Shown here one piece after another: positions 9,325 through 21,476 of a DNA stretch of 64,000 nucleotides (position 1 is the stretch's first letter; the number at the start of each line of letters is the position of its first letter). Source of the stretch: an uncultured Verrucomicrobiae bacterium (GTDB lineage: Bacteria; Verrucomicrobiota; Verrucomicrobiia; Opitutales; JABDGR01). The translations under genes and the position numbers were made by a program. The stretch lies in contig CAVXVB010000009.1 of NCBI GenBank assembly GCA_963765205.1, positions 896,001 to 960,000 on the forward strand. Direction: 5' to 3'. A model generated the notes under the pieces. That model had not been told where the DNA came from, did not search any database, and saw only the letters and a list, made by a program, of their open reading frames with translations.

Positions 9325-10301
9325 GGCCGGCCTCCCCACCCGCCACGGCCCGCGGGGGCTTTCGGCGTTTCGTCGGCCAATCCGCGGCCGGTGATTTTGA
9401 GAAAGACATCCTCCAGGCTGGGCGCGTGGATTTCGACGCGCTCGACTGCGACGGGCAAGTCGCGCAGCAGCACCGGGACGATGGCGGCGGGGTCTTTGTG
9501 TTCGAGCATGATGGGCTGCACGCCGGGCGCGGGTTGGTAGCCGCGCTGCACGAGCCAGTCGCGCGCCTGCGCGTCGTCGGCGGTGTGCAGGCGGATGATG
9601 CCGCCGCCGAGGCGCGACTTGAGGTTGCGCGGGGTGTCGAGGGCGACGATTTTGCCCTCGGACATGAGCGCGATGCGGTCGGCGACTTCGGCCTCTTCCA
9701 TGTAGTGCGTGGCAAAAACGATGGTGCGGCCGGATTGGGTGAGGCCGCGCACTTGCTTCCAAAAGCCGCGGCGCGCCTCGACGTTGAGACCGAGGGTGGC
9801 TTCATCGAGAAACAAAACGCGCGGATCCGTGACCAAGGCGCGGGCCAGCTCGACGCGGCGGCGCTGGCCGCCAGAAAGATTTTGGGCGGGGCGTTCAGCG
9901 GCTTCGGTCAGTTGCAATTGGGCGAGCAATTCGGTCGTGCGCTGGCGCACGCCCGCCGCATCGAGGCCGTAGAGCTGGCCCATGAGACGAAGGTTGTCGC
10001 GCACAGTCAGGCTGCGCTCGATGGCTGGCTCCTGGAAAACGATGCCGATGTCGCGGCGGGTGGCGTCGCGCTCGGCGACGACATCGCGGCCGAGGACGCG
10101 GGCGGTGCCGGCGGTCGGCGTGCGCAGGGTGCAGAGGATGGAGAAAAGCGTGGTCTTGCCCGCCCCGTTGGGGCCGAGCAGCGCGAACATCTCGCCGGTG
10201 CCGACGGTCAGGTCAATCCCACGCAAGGCCTCGACCTTGCCGTAGTTTTTCACCAAGCCGGCGACCTCGACGGCGGGGGAGTTGGCGGGAGCAGGGTTCA
10301 T
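9321..10301 (-). CDS. ABC transporter ATP-binding protein (DrrA-like)
   Basis: GPNGAGKT, LSGGQ, LFLDE, THYMEEA; probable start MNPAP at 10301. Confidence 0.92.
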   Translation of the reverse strand: MNPAPANSPAVEVAGLVKNYGKVEALRGIDLTVGTGEMFALLGPNGAGKTTLFSILCTLRTPTAGTARVLGRDVVAERDATRRDIGIVFQEPAIERSLTVRDNLRLMGQLYGLDAAGVRQRTTELLAQLQLTEAAERPAQNLSGGQRRRVELARALVTDPRVLFLDEATLGLNVEARRGFWKQVRGLTQSGRTIVFATHYMEEAEVADRIALMSEGKIVALDTPRNLKSRLGGGIIRLHTADDAQARDWLVQRGYQPAPGVQPIMLEHKDPAAIVPVLLRDLPVAVERVEIHAPSLEDVFLKITGRGLADETPKAPAGRGGWGGRP

Positions 10302-10466
10302 TTTCTTAACCACGGAGAACGGATGCAGGAATGGAAAATGGAAGATGGAAAATGGAAGAACAAGACAATTCAAGCTGGTCCGCGGAAAATGCGGGAAAGA
10401 ATAAACAAAGAAAATAATACCCGTGGATCTACATGTTATGTTTTTCCATCTTTCATTTTCCATTCT

Positions 10467-11711
10467 TCACTCCGGCAAAGGCTGGCCGCGGGTTTCCGGC
10501 GCGAACCAGACGATGACCATTCCGATGAGATAGATCAGCGAGAGCACTTCGCCGGCGCGGGCGTAGCTGTTGTCGAAGTAGGACATGAGCGCGCTCATTT
10601 GCAACACACCCAGGGCGGCGAGCACGCGCCCGGCGTTGTAGGCCAGCCCTTGGGCGGTGGCTCGCACGCGGGTCGGGAAAAGTTCCGGCAGGTAGAGCGG
10701 GAGCAGGCCGTAAAACGCCGCCGTGACGCCGCCGGCCAGAAAAGTCAGCGCGAGGAAAACGGCGCCGTAACTTGTAGTTCCCCCAAACAAGGTGAAGCAC
10801 GCGGCGAGGGAACCGATGCACAGAATAAAATAGCCCCAGCGGCGACCGCATTTATTCGCCAGCCATGCGCCAAGGAAGCAGCCCGCCATTGCGCCCAGCG
10901 CCGAGCAGGCTTGCGTCCACGCCTTCGCTTTGGGCAAAGCATCGCCGGCCAGCTTTCCGGCCCACAGCGGCAGCCACTGCACGAGGCCCCAGGTGCCGAT
11001 CAGCGTTACGCCGCAGAGGAGCGTCGCCAATATTGTGTGGCGTCGAAGGCGCGGTGAAAATATTTCCCGCAAAGGCCGGGACGGCGCGGCCACGGTGGCC
11101 GCCTGCCAGCGGTGCGATTCGGGCGCGTAGCGGCGGATGAAAAACGTCAGCAGCGCAGGGGCCGCGCCAATCAGCGTGACAAAGCGCCAGGAGTCCTGCG
11201 TGATGGCGTAGGACAAGCCCACCACGGCACTGAGCAAAAAACCCGCGTTGCCGACCGCGCCAATTGTGCCCGCGAGCCAGACGCGATCGGCGTCGGGCCA
11301 GACTTCCATGACCAGCGCGACACCGAGCGCCCATTCGCCGCCCATGCCCAGCGCCGCCACGAAACGCAGCGCGCCGAGTTGGGCGGGCGTGCGCGCGAAA
11401 CAAACCAGCCCGGTAAAAAGCGAGTAAGTAAGAATGCTCGCACTCAGCGCACGCACGCGCCCGATGCGGTCACCCAGCCAGCCAAAGACGAGGCCACCCG
11501 CCGCCGCGCCGAGCAGAAAGAGCGCGGTGATAATTCCCATCCAATGCACGATAAAAGTTTCATCCAACGCGTCCGCGCCATGCATCTGCTGCAACGCCGG
11601 CCTCACGATGAGCGGAAAGAGGCCCATTTCGAGGCCGTCGAACAGCCAGCCCAACAGTGCGGCGAGCAAGACGAGCCGCCGCTGCGCGGGGGTAATCACC
11701 GGGGCAGGCAT
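10467..11711 (-). CDS. MFS transporter
   Basis: Motif A GWLGDRIGR, GMGGEW, ELFPTRVR, PETRG; about 12 hydrophobic helices. Confidence 0.92.
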   Translation of the reverse strand: MPAPVITPAQRRLVLLAALLGWLFDGLEMGLFPLIVRPALQQMHGADALDETFIVHWMGIITALFLLGAAAGGLVFGWLGDRIGRVRALSASILTYSLFTGLVCFARTPAQLGALRFVAALGMGGEWALGVALVMEVWPDADRVWLAGTIGAVGNAGFLLSAVVGLSYAITQDSWRFVTLIGAAPALLTFFIRRYAPESHRWQAATVAAPSRPLREIFSPRLRRHTILATLLCGVTLIGTWGLVQWLPLWAGKLAGDALPKAKAWTQACSALGAMAGCFLGAWLANKCGRRWGYFILCIGSLAACFTLFGGTTSYGAVFLALTFLAGGVTAAFYGLLPLYLPELFPTRVRATAQGLAYNAGRVLAALGVLQMSALMSYFDNSYARAGEVLSLIYLIGMVIVWFAPETRGQPLPE

Positions 11712-11730
11712 AGCGTGATCCGCGCAAGGG

Positions 11731-12336
11731 TTACTTCAGCGAGGCCGGTGTATGCTTCTTTTTATAACGCAGGACCCGGGCCGGGGGGAGGTTCCAAAAA
11801 ACGACTTGGGTGGAATGAAAATCGTAGGGGTGCGAGCCGTTGATCCAGCGTTTGTGGATGCCGTAGGTGAATTGAACCCAGCAGCCGCCGGGCTTCAGAA
11901 TCTCATGAATTTTACAAGTCACGCGCTCTTCCAAGTCTTTCGGGAAGGAGCGCAGGGGCAGGCTGGAAATGACCGCACCCGCGTGGCGGCGGCCAGCGTG
12001 CTGGAGGAGCAGGGCGTCCAGCTCGCAGGCGTCGCCCGCGAGGACGCGGATATGCGGGAAGCGTTTTTGGAGGGCCGCAGCCAGCTCGGGCGATTTTTCG
12101 ATGGCCAGCAAGCGGCCGGGGGCCAAACCGCGCGCGAGCAGCGCCGCCGTCACCACGCCGGTGCCGGGACCGAGTTCGATGACGAATTCGTCAGGATCGT
12201 CGGGGAGCCAGTGCGCCATGGCCTTGGCCAGGCGGGGGGAACTGGGGGCCATGGCGCCCATTTGCCGGGGATTGCGCAGACACTCCTGCAAAAAGAGCGC
12301 GTTGGCGTCCGTGTTTTCGGGGGATGGTCGAGGCAC
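11731..12336 (-). CDS. class I SAM-dependent methyltransferase, phospholipid N-methyltransferase (PmtA-like)
   Basis: GAMAPSS, VIELGPGTG, VISSLP, QFTY, WNLPPA. Confidence 0.85.
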   Translation of the reverse strand: MPRPSPENTDANALFLQECLRNPRQMGAMAPSSPRLAKAMAHWLPDDPDEFVIELGPGTGVVTAALLARGLAPGRLLAIEKSPELAAALQKRFPHIRVLAGDACELDALLLQHAGRRHAGAVISSLPLRSFPKDLEERVTCKIHEILKPGGCWVQFTYGIHKRWINGSHPYDFHSTQVVFWNLPPARVLRYKKKHTPASLK

Positions 12337-12544
12337 AGGTGTGAGTGAGGGCGGGTTGGGGAAATTGGGGTGCGGACATAAGAACGCGTCACCGCCCGCA
12401 ACGCAAGCTTTTGCCCGGCCGATGGTTGACGAATCTTTCGCGCCTACCCCGGTTAAAAAAGGTTCGCCAAACGGCCCAAAAACTGCGTAACTTCCAGCCC
12501 TTTGCCACCCGACGGCCCCGACGTTCTTTATTCCTCATCCTCCC

Positions 12545-14128
12545 ATGCCTTATCTCCTTTTACGCTTTCCCCATGCGCGGTTTCTCCTTCGAGCCTTATT
12601 TTTCACGGTGGTGTTTGCGCTACCACTGCGAAATTTTGCCGCCGACCAGCCCGCCGCCGCGGCGCCGACGGCGACGCCCGCCGCCAGCCCCGGCGGGGAT
12701 GGCGTGGAAATGAGCGTCGTGAAAATTTTTGCGACCACGCGCTATCCCGACGTTTTCAAACCCTGGAGCAAGCAAGCCCCGCGTGACATCAGCGGCACCG
12801 GCGTGATCATTAACGGGCACCGCATCCTGACCAACGCGCACATGGTGCTCTACGCGAGCCAGATTCAGGTGCAGGCCAACGGCTCCGGCGAGAAGGTGAC
12901 TGCGACGGTGCTTTCGGTTGCGCCGGGGATTGACCTCGCTTTGCTGAAGGTGGACGACCCGACGTTTTTTGACAACCGCCCGGCGCTGCCGCGCGCGTCG
13001 AAGCTGCCGGACAACAAGGACCCCGTCCTCGTTTACGGCTACCCGACGGGCGGCGACAATCTTTCCATCACGAAGGGGATAGTCTCGCGCATCGAGTTTA
13101 CCTCTTACAACGGGTTCACGGCGGGCCTGCGCATTCAGGTGGACGCGCCCATCAACCCCGGCAACAGCGGCGGCCCGGCGGTCGTCAACAACCAGATGAT
13201 TGGGTTGGCGTTCAGCCATCTCGGCGGGGCGGAAAACATCGGCTACATCATCCCGAACGAGGAAATCGAGCTGTTTCTCCATAGCCTCGTCAACGACCAA
13301 TACCAGGGCAAACCGGGGATGTATGACGATTTGCAGACGCTGGAAAATCCAGCCCTGCGGCCTTTCCTGAAAATAGGCAAGGACGTGCATGGCATCATTG
13401 TCAACGAGCCGTTCGACAGCGACCCGGCGTATCCGCTCAAGAAATGGGACATCATCACACAGATCGGCGACACGCCGGTGGACGATCAGGGCATGGTGAA
13501 CCTCGGCGATGACCTGCGCGTGGCGTTCCAGTATCTGGTGCAGAAAGACGCCAAAGACGGCAAGGTGCCGCTGACGATCGTGCGCGACAGCAAGGAGATG
13601 AAGGTCGAGCTGCCGGTCTCGCCGGTGCGCCCGGCGCTGCTCTCGTCCCTCGAAGGCAAGTATCCGTCGTATTATATTTTTGGGCCGATGGTGTTCTCCG
13701 CAGCCACGGATGACTTTGAGGACAACCTGAACAGCTCGAATGCCATGTCATTCCTGAGTTTCATCGGCAGCCCGCTGGTGACCCGCCGCGGGGACAAGCC
13801 GGCCTTTCCGGGCGAGCAACTGGTGGTCATTGCGTCGCCGTTCTTTTCCCATGATCTGGACCTGGGCTACGAGAAGGAACCGGTCGCCTGGGTGGTCAAG
13901 AGTGTCAACGGCATCCCGATCAAAAACCTGCAACACCTGGCGCAGGTGCTCAATGATTCCAAAGACGAATTCCTCAAGTTCGAATTTGCCGGCACGGGGC
14001 TGGAGACTTTTGTTTTTCCCCGCCAGGCGATGAAGGACTCGACCGAGGGCATTTTGAGCGACAATGATATTCGCAGCCAAGGTTCGCCGGACATCCTCGC
14101 CGCCCTTAAAGGACCAGCCGCGAATTAA
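12545..14128 (+). CDS. HtrA/DegP-like trypsin serine protease with PDZ domains
   Basis: LTNAH, IDLA, INPGNSGG catalytic triad; signal peptide; C-terminal PDZ-like regions. Confidence 0.9.
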   Translation: MPYLLLRFPHARFLLRALFFTVVFALPLRNFAADQPAAAAPTATPAASPGGDGVEMSVVKIFATTRYPDVFKPWSKQAPRDISGTGVIINGHRILTNAHMVLYASQIQVQANGSGEKVTATVLSVAPGIDLALLKVDDPTFFDNRPALPRASKLPDNKDPVLVYGYPTGGDNLSITKGIVSRIEFTSYNGFTAGLRIQVDAPINPGNSGGPAVVNNQMIGLAFSHLGGAENIGYIIPNEEIELFLHSLVNDQYQGKPGMYDDLQTLENPALRPFLKIGKDVHGIIVNEPFDSDPAYPLKKWDIITQIGDTPVDDQGMVNLGDDLRVAFQYLVQKDAKDGKVPLTIVRDSKEMKVELPVSPVRPALLSSLEGKYPSYYIFGPMVFSAATDDFEDNLNSSNAMSFLSFIGSPLVTRRGDKPAFPGEQLVVIASPFFSHDLDLGYEKEPVAWVVKSVNGIPIKNLQHLAQVLNDSKDEFLKFEFAGTGLETFVFPRQAMKDSTEGILSDNDIRSQGSPDILAALKGPAAN

Positions 14129-14149
14129 ATTTTTCCAGATGGATCGCGC

Positions 14150-14931
14150 ATGAGCACCGACCCGACGCTGCGCTTTTCGAACCGGGTGGCCGATTATGTG
14201 CGGTATCGCCCGCGCTATCCGGCGGCGGTGCTGGAAGTGCTGCGCGCGGAAATAGGTTTGCGGCCGGAACACACCGTCGTGGATGTTGGCTCGGGCACCG
14301 GGTTTTTGACAGAATTGTTCCTGGCCGAGGGCCACCGCGTTTACGGGGTTGAGCCGGAATGCCGAGATGCGTGCCGCCGGGGAGCATACCTCGCTCAGTG
14401 GAGCAATTTCACCAGCGTGAACGGGGCACGGCTGAGGCGACGACGCTCGGGGCGCAGATGGCGGATTTCGTGGTCGCAGCGCAGGCCTTTCACTGGTTTC
14501 GCCGCGCGGAAACGCGCCGGGAATTTGAGCGCATCCTGCGGCCGGGAGGCTGAGTGGTGTTGATCTGGAATGACCGCCAGGCGGACGCAGCGGGGGTTTT
14601 CTCCGCCTATGAAAAATTGATCAATGAGTTCCGCACCGACAATTTGGCCGAGACGCACCGGGTGGTGTTGCGCGCGGAGGCCGGGGAGCTGGCCGCGTTT
14701 TTCGCGCCGCAACCGATGCAGCGACGCATGGTGCCGGGCGTGGCCCAAGATTTCGATTTTGAGGGACTCAAGGGCCGGCTGCTTTCGTCCTCCTACGCGC
14801 CGCCGCCCGGCCATTCGTGGCACGCGGCGATGATTGCGGAGTTGCAGCGCGTCTTTGATGAACATCAACGCGGCGGCCGCGTGCGTTTCGAACACTGCAC
14901 GGAGATTTGCTTTGGGCGGCTTGGAGAGTGA
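14150..14931 (+). pseudogene. class I SAM-dependent methyltransferase, disrupted
   Basis: RFSNRVADYVRYRPRYP, DVGSGTG, AQAFHWF, GRLLSSSYAP spread over several frames; indels near 14357, 14383 and 14425; in-frame TGA at 14551-14553. Confidence 0.8.
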
Positions 14932-14970
14932 GGATTTTTTGCCTCGTTTCATTGCTTGGGTAATTAAGAA

Positions 14971-15717
14971 GATAACGTCCGGAAAGTTTCGCACATTTGG
15001 GGCCGGGGTATAGAGTGGCTTCAAACCCATGAGTCAGACGACTGACCCGACTTCTTCTCGGGAAGGTGCGGCTTCGCTGCCGCCGCCCTCCCTGCCGGAC
15101 AATGTAATCTCGATTGACCGTGCCACGCTCAAGAGCCATCTGGATCAGGTGGTGCGCGGGACGGACGAGGAGACCTTGAACGCGTTGCTGGATGCCGAGG
15201 CCGACCAACTGTGCGGGGCGAAGCGCTACGCGCATTCGCCCGACCGCGTGGACACGCGTGCCGGCCATTACGAGCGTCAACTGCACACGAAGGCGGGCGA
15301 AGTGACACTGAAGGTGCCCAAACTGCGCTCGCTGCCGTTCGAGACGGCCATTATCGAACGGTATAAGCGCCGCGAGATCAGCGTGGAAGAAGCGCTGGTG
15401 GAGCTGTATCTGGCGGGCGTGTCCGTGGGCCGGGTCGAAGACATCACGGAAGCGCTGTGGGGGACGCGGGTGAGTTCCAGCACGGTGAGCGAGTTGAACC
15501 AGAAGATCGCCGGCACCATCGAGCAATGGCGGAACCGGCCGCTGGAGGGGACGCATCCGTATGTTTACCTGGACGGCATCTGGCTGAAGCGCAGTTGGGG
15601 CGGCGAGGTGAAGAACGTGAGCATCCTGGTGGCCATCGGGGTGAACGCGGACGGCTACCGCGAGATTCTCGGGGTGAGCGAAGGGTCGAAGGCGGACAAG
15701 GCGAGCTGGCTGGGGTT
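14971..15717 (+). mobile_element. truncated IS256-family element (left end plus 5' part of transposase, ATG 15029)
   Basis: RAGHYER, VPKLR, FETAIIERYKRRE, YLAGVS, YVYLDG, GYREILG; homology breaks after ASWLG at about 15717; candidate left IR GATAACGTCCGGAAAGTTTCGCAC at 14971. Confidence 0.85.
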
Positions 15718-16113
15718 AGTGAGTGGAAGAAACTGTTTTGCCACAGCTTGTAATGTAGGTGCTCCTGGGGCAGATTTCCTTCGCTTCTCAAGTCCATACA
15801 AAAGGTTTACCCACAGCGCGGTAACTACGCCAAATTTATGAAATTTATTGTCATCGGGTTTTGAATGGGCATACTTTAAAATTGTATTCTCAAAATTGAG
15901 CCATATCTCCTTTCTCCATCCTTCTAATGGAGGAGTGCGTTCGAGTGCTTCGCGCAGTTTCCCACTTATACAATTTGGTTTTACGTTTTTAAGTTGGTGA
16001 TATTCGCCAGTCATGCGAATAATTATTTGAATGAATCTTTTGCGCTTGAAAACAGCTTTCACCTTTCGGCGATAGGATTTCAATTCATCCTTTGTTGGTT
16101 AATCTGGTTTCAT
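15718..16113 (-). pseudogene. low-GC hypothetical ORF fragment of the integrated element
   Basis: ATG overlaps the integrase stop (ATGA) and reads MKPD*PTKDELKSYRRK...; 3' end cut at the IS256 junction; AT-rich. Confidence 0.45.
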
Positions 16114-17180
16114 GTCGTAATCCGTTTTGCCATTTCGAATGAATGAGTGTCCCGCAAATGTCCGTAGGTTTTGGCGACGAGGAGGCCGCCATCTTTATGG
16201 CCGATCCAGGCGGCGAGTGTTTTGAAGTCCACGCCTTTTTCAATGACATTGCTTACGAAGTAGTGGCGCAGAGAGTGGTGGGTAAAATGCTGAAATCCGT
16301 TGAGCTTGCAAGCCGTATGCAACGCCTTCTTGGCGTCCACAATCGGCACCAGGGGCTTGTCTGCCGGGCGAGGTTGCTCTCGTTGCAGGCGTTCTAAGAA
16401 CGCGCCCAAGACGGGAAACAGCGGCACCACGCGGGCTTCGTGGTTCTTGGTTCCTACCTCGCCACCCGTCACTTTGAACGTGCCCCGGTCGAAATCCACG
16501 TCCTCCATGCGGAAGGCGTTGGCTTCCCCCTTGCGCATCCCGGAATACGCCAGCAGTTCCACCAGGTCCGCCGCCGCCTGGTAGCGGATATCCAACCCGC
16601 GCAGAGTAGCCACCACCTTTTCGAATTGCTCGCGGGTAGGCACCAGAATGGCGTGTTTATCAGGCCGCCGACGGACGAGGCTATCGGCGGGGTTGTCCAA
16701 AATCAGGCCTTCCCGCTTGGCGTGGTCGAGAATGAGCTTCAAAGTCCCCCGATCATGGTTGAAGGACGCCGCCGCCACTTGCGGGCTGCGCACCTGGGCC
16801 CAATTTTCACAGACCGTGCGAGTAATGCTGCGCACTGGCATGGGGCCGAAGATGTCGGACAGTTGCTTGATCTTGTGCTTGAGGCTCAGGATGGAGGCCG
16901 GTTTCAAGTGTGCGCTCCACACGTTCAGCCAGAGCTCGGCTACCTGGTTGAAGGTAAGCCGGGAGGCGTCACCGTTGGCGCTCATATGCCCCACCCTTTC
17001 GCGGAGTTCCGCCAGGCGGCGGTCAGCCAGTTTCCGGTCATTTGTGCGCAGGGAACGACGGATTTGCTTGCCGCCGCGTTTAAGAAGTCCATAGTAGACC
17101 TTTGATGCGCTATTCCGATACAGGCATTCAGCTACTAACACATACTCTGGCGACGCCGGGGATGAGGGGGGAGTTTTCAT
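16110..17180 (-). CDS. tyrosine recombinase / phage-type integrase
   Basis: Catalytic set SGMR, TKNH, HSLRH, IGH and TY; N-terminal arm-binding-like RRSLRT; adjacent to a tRNA. Confidence 0.93.
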   Translation of the reverse strand: MKTPPSSPASPEYVLVAECLYRNSASKVYYGLLKRGGKQIRRSLRTNDRKLADRRLAELRERVGHMSANGDASRLTFNQVAELWLNVWSAHLKPASILSLKHKIKQLSDIFGPMPVRSITRTVCENWAQVRSPQVAAASFNHDRGTLKLILDHAKREGLILDNPADSLVRRRPDKHAILVPTREQFEKVVATLRGLDIRYQAAADLVELLAYSGMRKGEANAFRMEDVDFDRGTFKVTGGEVGTKNHEARVVPLFPVLGAFLERLQREQPRPADKPLVPIVDAKKALHTACKLNGFQHFTHHSLRHYFVSNVIEKGVDFKTLAAWIGHKDGGLLVAKTYGHLRDTHSFEMAKRITT

Positions 17181-17270
17181 GCCCCGAATCCTATAGGGTT
17201 ACAGGAATGGGTTACAAGTTTAAAGTGATGTATTTTTTATCGCGTCTAATTCTTTGTTAGTCAAGTGTTT

Positions 17271-18172
<902 letters not shown>

Positions 18173-18176
<4 letters not shown>

Positions 18177-19183
18177 GGTCGCGGTTCGGTGGGCGGGGAC
18201 CGGGTGCCGGATTTGGCCAGGAAAAGGGTCAGCAGGCACAATTCCACCAACCCGAAGCCTATTTTCACCACATACGGGATGATTGGCTCGTGATACTGGG
18301 AAAGAAAGGCCTCCACGAATCCCGCCCAGACGAGCAGCAGCGACACGCCCCCGATGAGCGTGAGGATTTCGTGCGAAATTTCGCGCAGGCGGGCGCTGAG
18401 CGGAACGCGCCGCCCCCAGCCGATCAAAGCACCCGCGAGCAACAGCCCCGCCTGCCCGGCGATGATGATCGAAGGGATTTCGACCGCCCCGTGCGGCAGC
18501 AGCCAGCCGAGCAGAAATTTTGTTTGCCCCGCGCGCGCATAATCCATGGCCACCGCGCCGAGCAGCACGCCGTTGTAAAACAGCAGAATGATGGTCCCCA
18601 CCCCGAATGTCATGCCGAGAGCCAGCGTCAAAATGGACACCTGAATGTTATGCGTCATCAACTCGGCGGAAAAGGTGGCCTTGACCCCGTTATATTTGTC
18701 AGTCGTGGCATTCTCCTCTTTGGCCACACGCTTGGCTGGGTCCTGCATCAGGCCGGCAAAGGGCATGAGCATCGGCTTGGAATCGGGGTCCAACCCGATG
18801 GCCAACGCGCCAAAGAGGCAGCCCACGAGGGTAATGGCGAGGGACAGCCAGAAGGCGCGCACATGGCGGCGGAACGTCTGCGGTAATTCGCGCGCAAACC
18901 ACTCGCCCAGCCTGAACCGGCGCGCAGGCTGCCGCGTCTCGTGAATTTCGCTGTAGGCTCGCGCCACGAGGTTCTCCAGGTAGTGGCGCGTTTGCGGCTC
19001 GGCGGAAAAAGTGGAGATTTTCGCCAGCGCGGCCGAGGCGCGTTCATACAACTCGTGAAAGTGCCGAACTTGTTGCAGCGACATGGTTGCGCCCGGGTCG
19101 CTCTCGAGACGGTCGAGCAGCGCCTCGAGTTCGGCCCAGCCGGAGCGCTCCTGGGCGAGAAAGCGCTGGAGGTCAATGATCAC
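18173..19183 (-). CDS. stage II sporulation protein M (SpoIIM/DUF95) family membrane protein
   Basis: THNIQV, YNGVLLG, LPHGAVEI, AGFVEAF; GTGA overlap. Confidence 0.88.
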
Positions 19184-20520
19184 AGCAGTTGCCTTTGTTT
19201 GACGCGCAGGTATTGCGACACCAGTTCCGCGCTGAATTTCTCGTTTTTGAGCAGCGAGAAATGCACGCCGCGCCGTTGGAGCACTTTTTCCAGTTCGCGC
19301 AAATTCTGCCACGCCAGGTGCCCGCCGAGGCGCTGATACAAATCGCCCATTGTGTTTACGTCCAGCGCGGTGAACAGCGGGCCGACGCCCGGAGGCTGGA
19401 GCATATTCACCAGCACCAGGTGTTGCCGGCGGACCAATTCCACGTTCTTCACGAAACTTGACGCCAGTTCGGGATTGTCCAGCGCGGTGAGAAACACCAG
19501 CAGCGTGCGCCGGCGCATCCGCAGGCGGATGAACGTGCAAATTTCGTCAAAATCCGGGGAGACGATTTTGGGCTGGAGGGTATACAGTTTGTCCCGGCAG
19601 GCGCCATAATGGGCCGCGCCGTTGCCCGCGCGCACGAAGGAGCCGACTTTGTCGTCAAACACCAGCACGCCGAACAAGTCGCCCTGCTGCTCGGCCGCCA
19701 GACCCAGCGACAACGCGGCGGTCAGGTAAAGTTCGAGGACGGGCGCGGGTGTGGCGCCCGGCGCACGCACCACCGGCCGCGTGGAGAGCCGCGAGACATC
19801 GAGTACAACATAGACCTCCTGCGTGCGTTCAATTTGAAAAACTTTGGTAATCGGCCGACCACGCTTGGCCGTGGTTTTCCAGTGGATGTCCTCGTAGCCG
19901 TCACCGGCCACATATTCGCGGAGTTTCTCGAATTCGTGGCCCTTGCCAACTTGTCGCTGCGAGTGGGTCCCATACGTGCCGCGGTTTAAAAAAAGCGCGG
20001 CCAGGCTGCGGCGGTCTTCCCGCAAATTCGGATACACGCGGATTTCCGCGCGGACGGGCGCGGTTTGGCGCAGGCTCCACAGGCCCAGCGGCGAACTCGC
20101 TTCGAGGTAAACGGCGTCGAGGTGGTAGCAGCCGCGCTGGCGGGGGCAACACGGCCACGCAAAATGCGACGCCACGACTGCGCCCGGCAGCGCGACTTCA
20201 ATATCCTCGCGCTCGGATTCAATTTCGCGCGGCAGCGCAAGGCCAACGCGCAAGCGCAGGGGTTGCTGGTGCTCGTTGCGCACCTGCAAGTCCAATTTCG
20301 AGTCGCGATCCTTAGACATACGCGCCACCGCGGGTAACACGACGCTCAGTCCTCCAAAACTCCCGCGCGCACCCAGCGCATCCACCCCTGCGACGAGGAC
20401 GAGCGCGCCGACCGCCGCCACCGCTGCCAACGTCCCGGCCGGGCCGGTGGCGGCCAACAGCGCGAAGGGTGGCGCGATCAGCGCCACCCACAAAAGCAAT
20501 TTAGTGCGCGGCACGATCAT
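19180..20520 (-). CDS. DUF58 domain protein (VWA-like MoxR partner)
   Basis: VYPN, GHEFEKLREYVAGD..IHWKTTAK, LDVSR. Confidence 0.9.
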   Translation of the reverse strand: MIVPRTKLLLWVALIAPPFALLAATGPAGTLAAVAAVGALVLVAGVDALGARGSFGGLSVVLPAVARMSKDRDSKLDLQVRNEHQQPLRLRVGLALPREIESEREDIEVALPGAVVASHFAWPCCPRQRGCYHLDAVYLEASSPLGLWSLRQTAPVRAEIRVYPNLREDRRSLAALFLNRGTYGTHSQRQVGKGHEFEKLREYVAGDGYEDIHWKTTAKRGRPITKVFQIERTQEVYVVLDVSRLSTRPVVRAPGATPAPVLELYLTAALSLGLAAEQQGDLFGVLVFDDKVGSFVRAGNGAAHYGACRDKLYTLQPKIVSPDFDEICTFIRLRMRRRTLLVFLTALDNPELASSFVKNVELVRRQHLVLVNMLQPPGVGPLFTALDVNTMGDLYQRLGGHLAWQNLRELEKVLQRRGVHFSLLKNEKFSAELVSQYLRVKQRQLL

Positions 20521-21476
20521 CGCGGGACGGCGACCAGTTGGAGGATTTGTTGGATGACTTCGTTCATGCCCAGGCCCTCGATTTCAAATTCCGGGCGCAA
20601 GATGAGGCGGTGTTCGAGCACGGGGGGGGCCATCACCTTGATGTCGTCCGGCGTCACGAAGTCGCGCCCGGACATCGTGGCGTAGGCGCGCGCCGCCATG
20701 ATGAGCGACTGCGTCGCGCGCGGACCCGCGCCGACCAGGACGCTCTCGTGCTGGCGCGTGGCGCGCACCACATCCACCAAATAGGCGAGCAATTCATCGC
20801 GCAGGGTGACGGCGCCCAATTGCTCGCGCAGCGCCACCAAATCCTCCGCCTGGATGACGGGCTGCACCGCGCCTTGAGCCAGCAACGTCTCGGGCGCGTC
20901 CTTGGTCATCGTGCGCTGGGCAAGCAGCAGTTCATCGGCGCGTTCCGGGGCGGCCATGGTGATTTTGAGCATAAAGCGGTCTTTTTGCGCTTCGGGCAGT
21001 GGGTAGGTGCCTTCGTATTCGATGGGGTTTTGCGTGGCAAAAACCGTAAAGTTTGACGGCAGGGTGTAGGTTTCCCGGTCAATGGTAACGGTGCGCTCCT
21101 GCATCGCCTGCAATAAAGCGGACTGAGTTTTCGCCGGAGCGCGGTTGATTTCGTCGGCCAGCAGAAACGAGGTGAAGATGGGCCCTTTGGCGACGGAAAA
21201 TTCGTTGCGCTGGAGGTTGTAGATGCCCGTACCGGTGATGTCGGCGGGCATCAGGTCGGGCGTGAACTGGATGCGCGAAAAGTCGCAGCCCAGCACCTGG
21301 GCGAGTGTGCGCACCAGCAAGGTTTTGGCCACGCCGGGCACGCCCTCGATGAGGGCGTGGTTGCCGGTGAAGATGACGATAAGCGCCTTCTCAATAACGT
21401 CATGCTGGCCGATGATGACCTTGGCGGCTTCTTGCCGGGCGCAGGCAAGGATTTCCTTGAGTTTTTCGTTATTCAT
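20517..21476 (-). CDS. moxR: MoxR family AAA+ ATPase
   Basis: GVPGVAKT, RIQFTPDLMPADITG, LADEINRAPAKTQSALL, ATQNPIEYEGTYPLPEAQKDRF. Confidence 0.95.
   Translation of the reverse strand: MNNEKLKEILACARQEAAKVIIGQHDVIEKALIVIFTGNHALIEGVPGVAKTLLVRTLAQVLGCDFSRIQFTPDLMPADITGTGIYNLQRNEFSVAKGPIFTSFLLADEINRAPAKTQSALLQAMQERTVTIDRETYTLPSNFTVFATQNPIEYEGTYPLPEAQKDRFMLKITMAAPERADELLLAQRTMTKDAPETLLAQGAVQPVIQAEDLVALREQLGAVTLRDELLAYLVDVVRATRQHESVLVGAGPRATQSLIMAARAYATMSGRDFVTPDDIKVMAPPVLEHRLILRPEFEIEGLGMNEVIQQILQLVAVPR

Noticed and set aside
14551..14553. In-frame TGA at a likely Trp position suggesting recoding or an alternative genetic code
   Set aside because: Many intact genes here end in TGA, including ATGA overlaps, and the same gene has several indels
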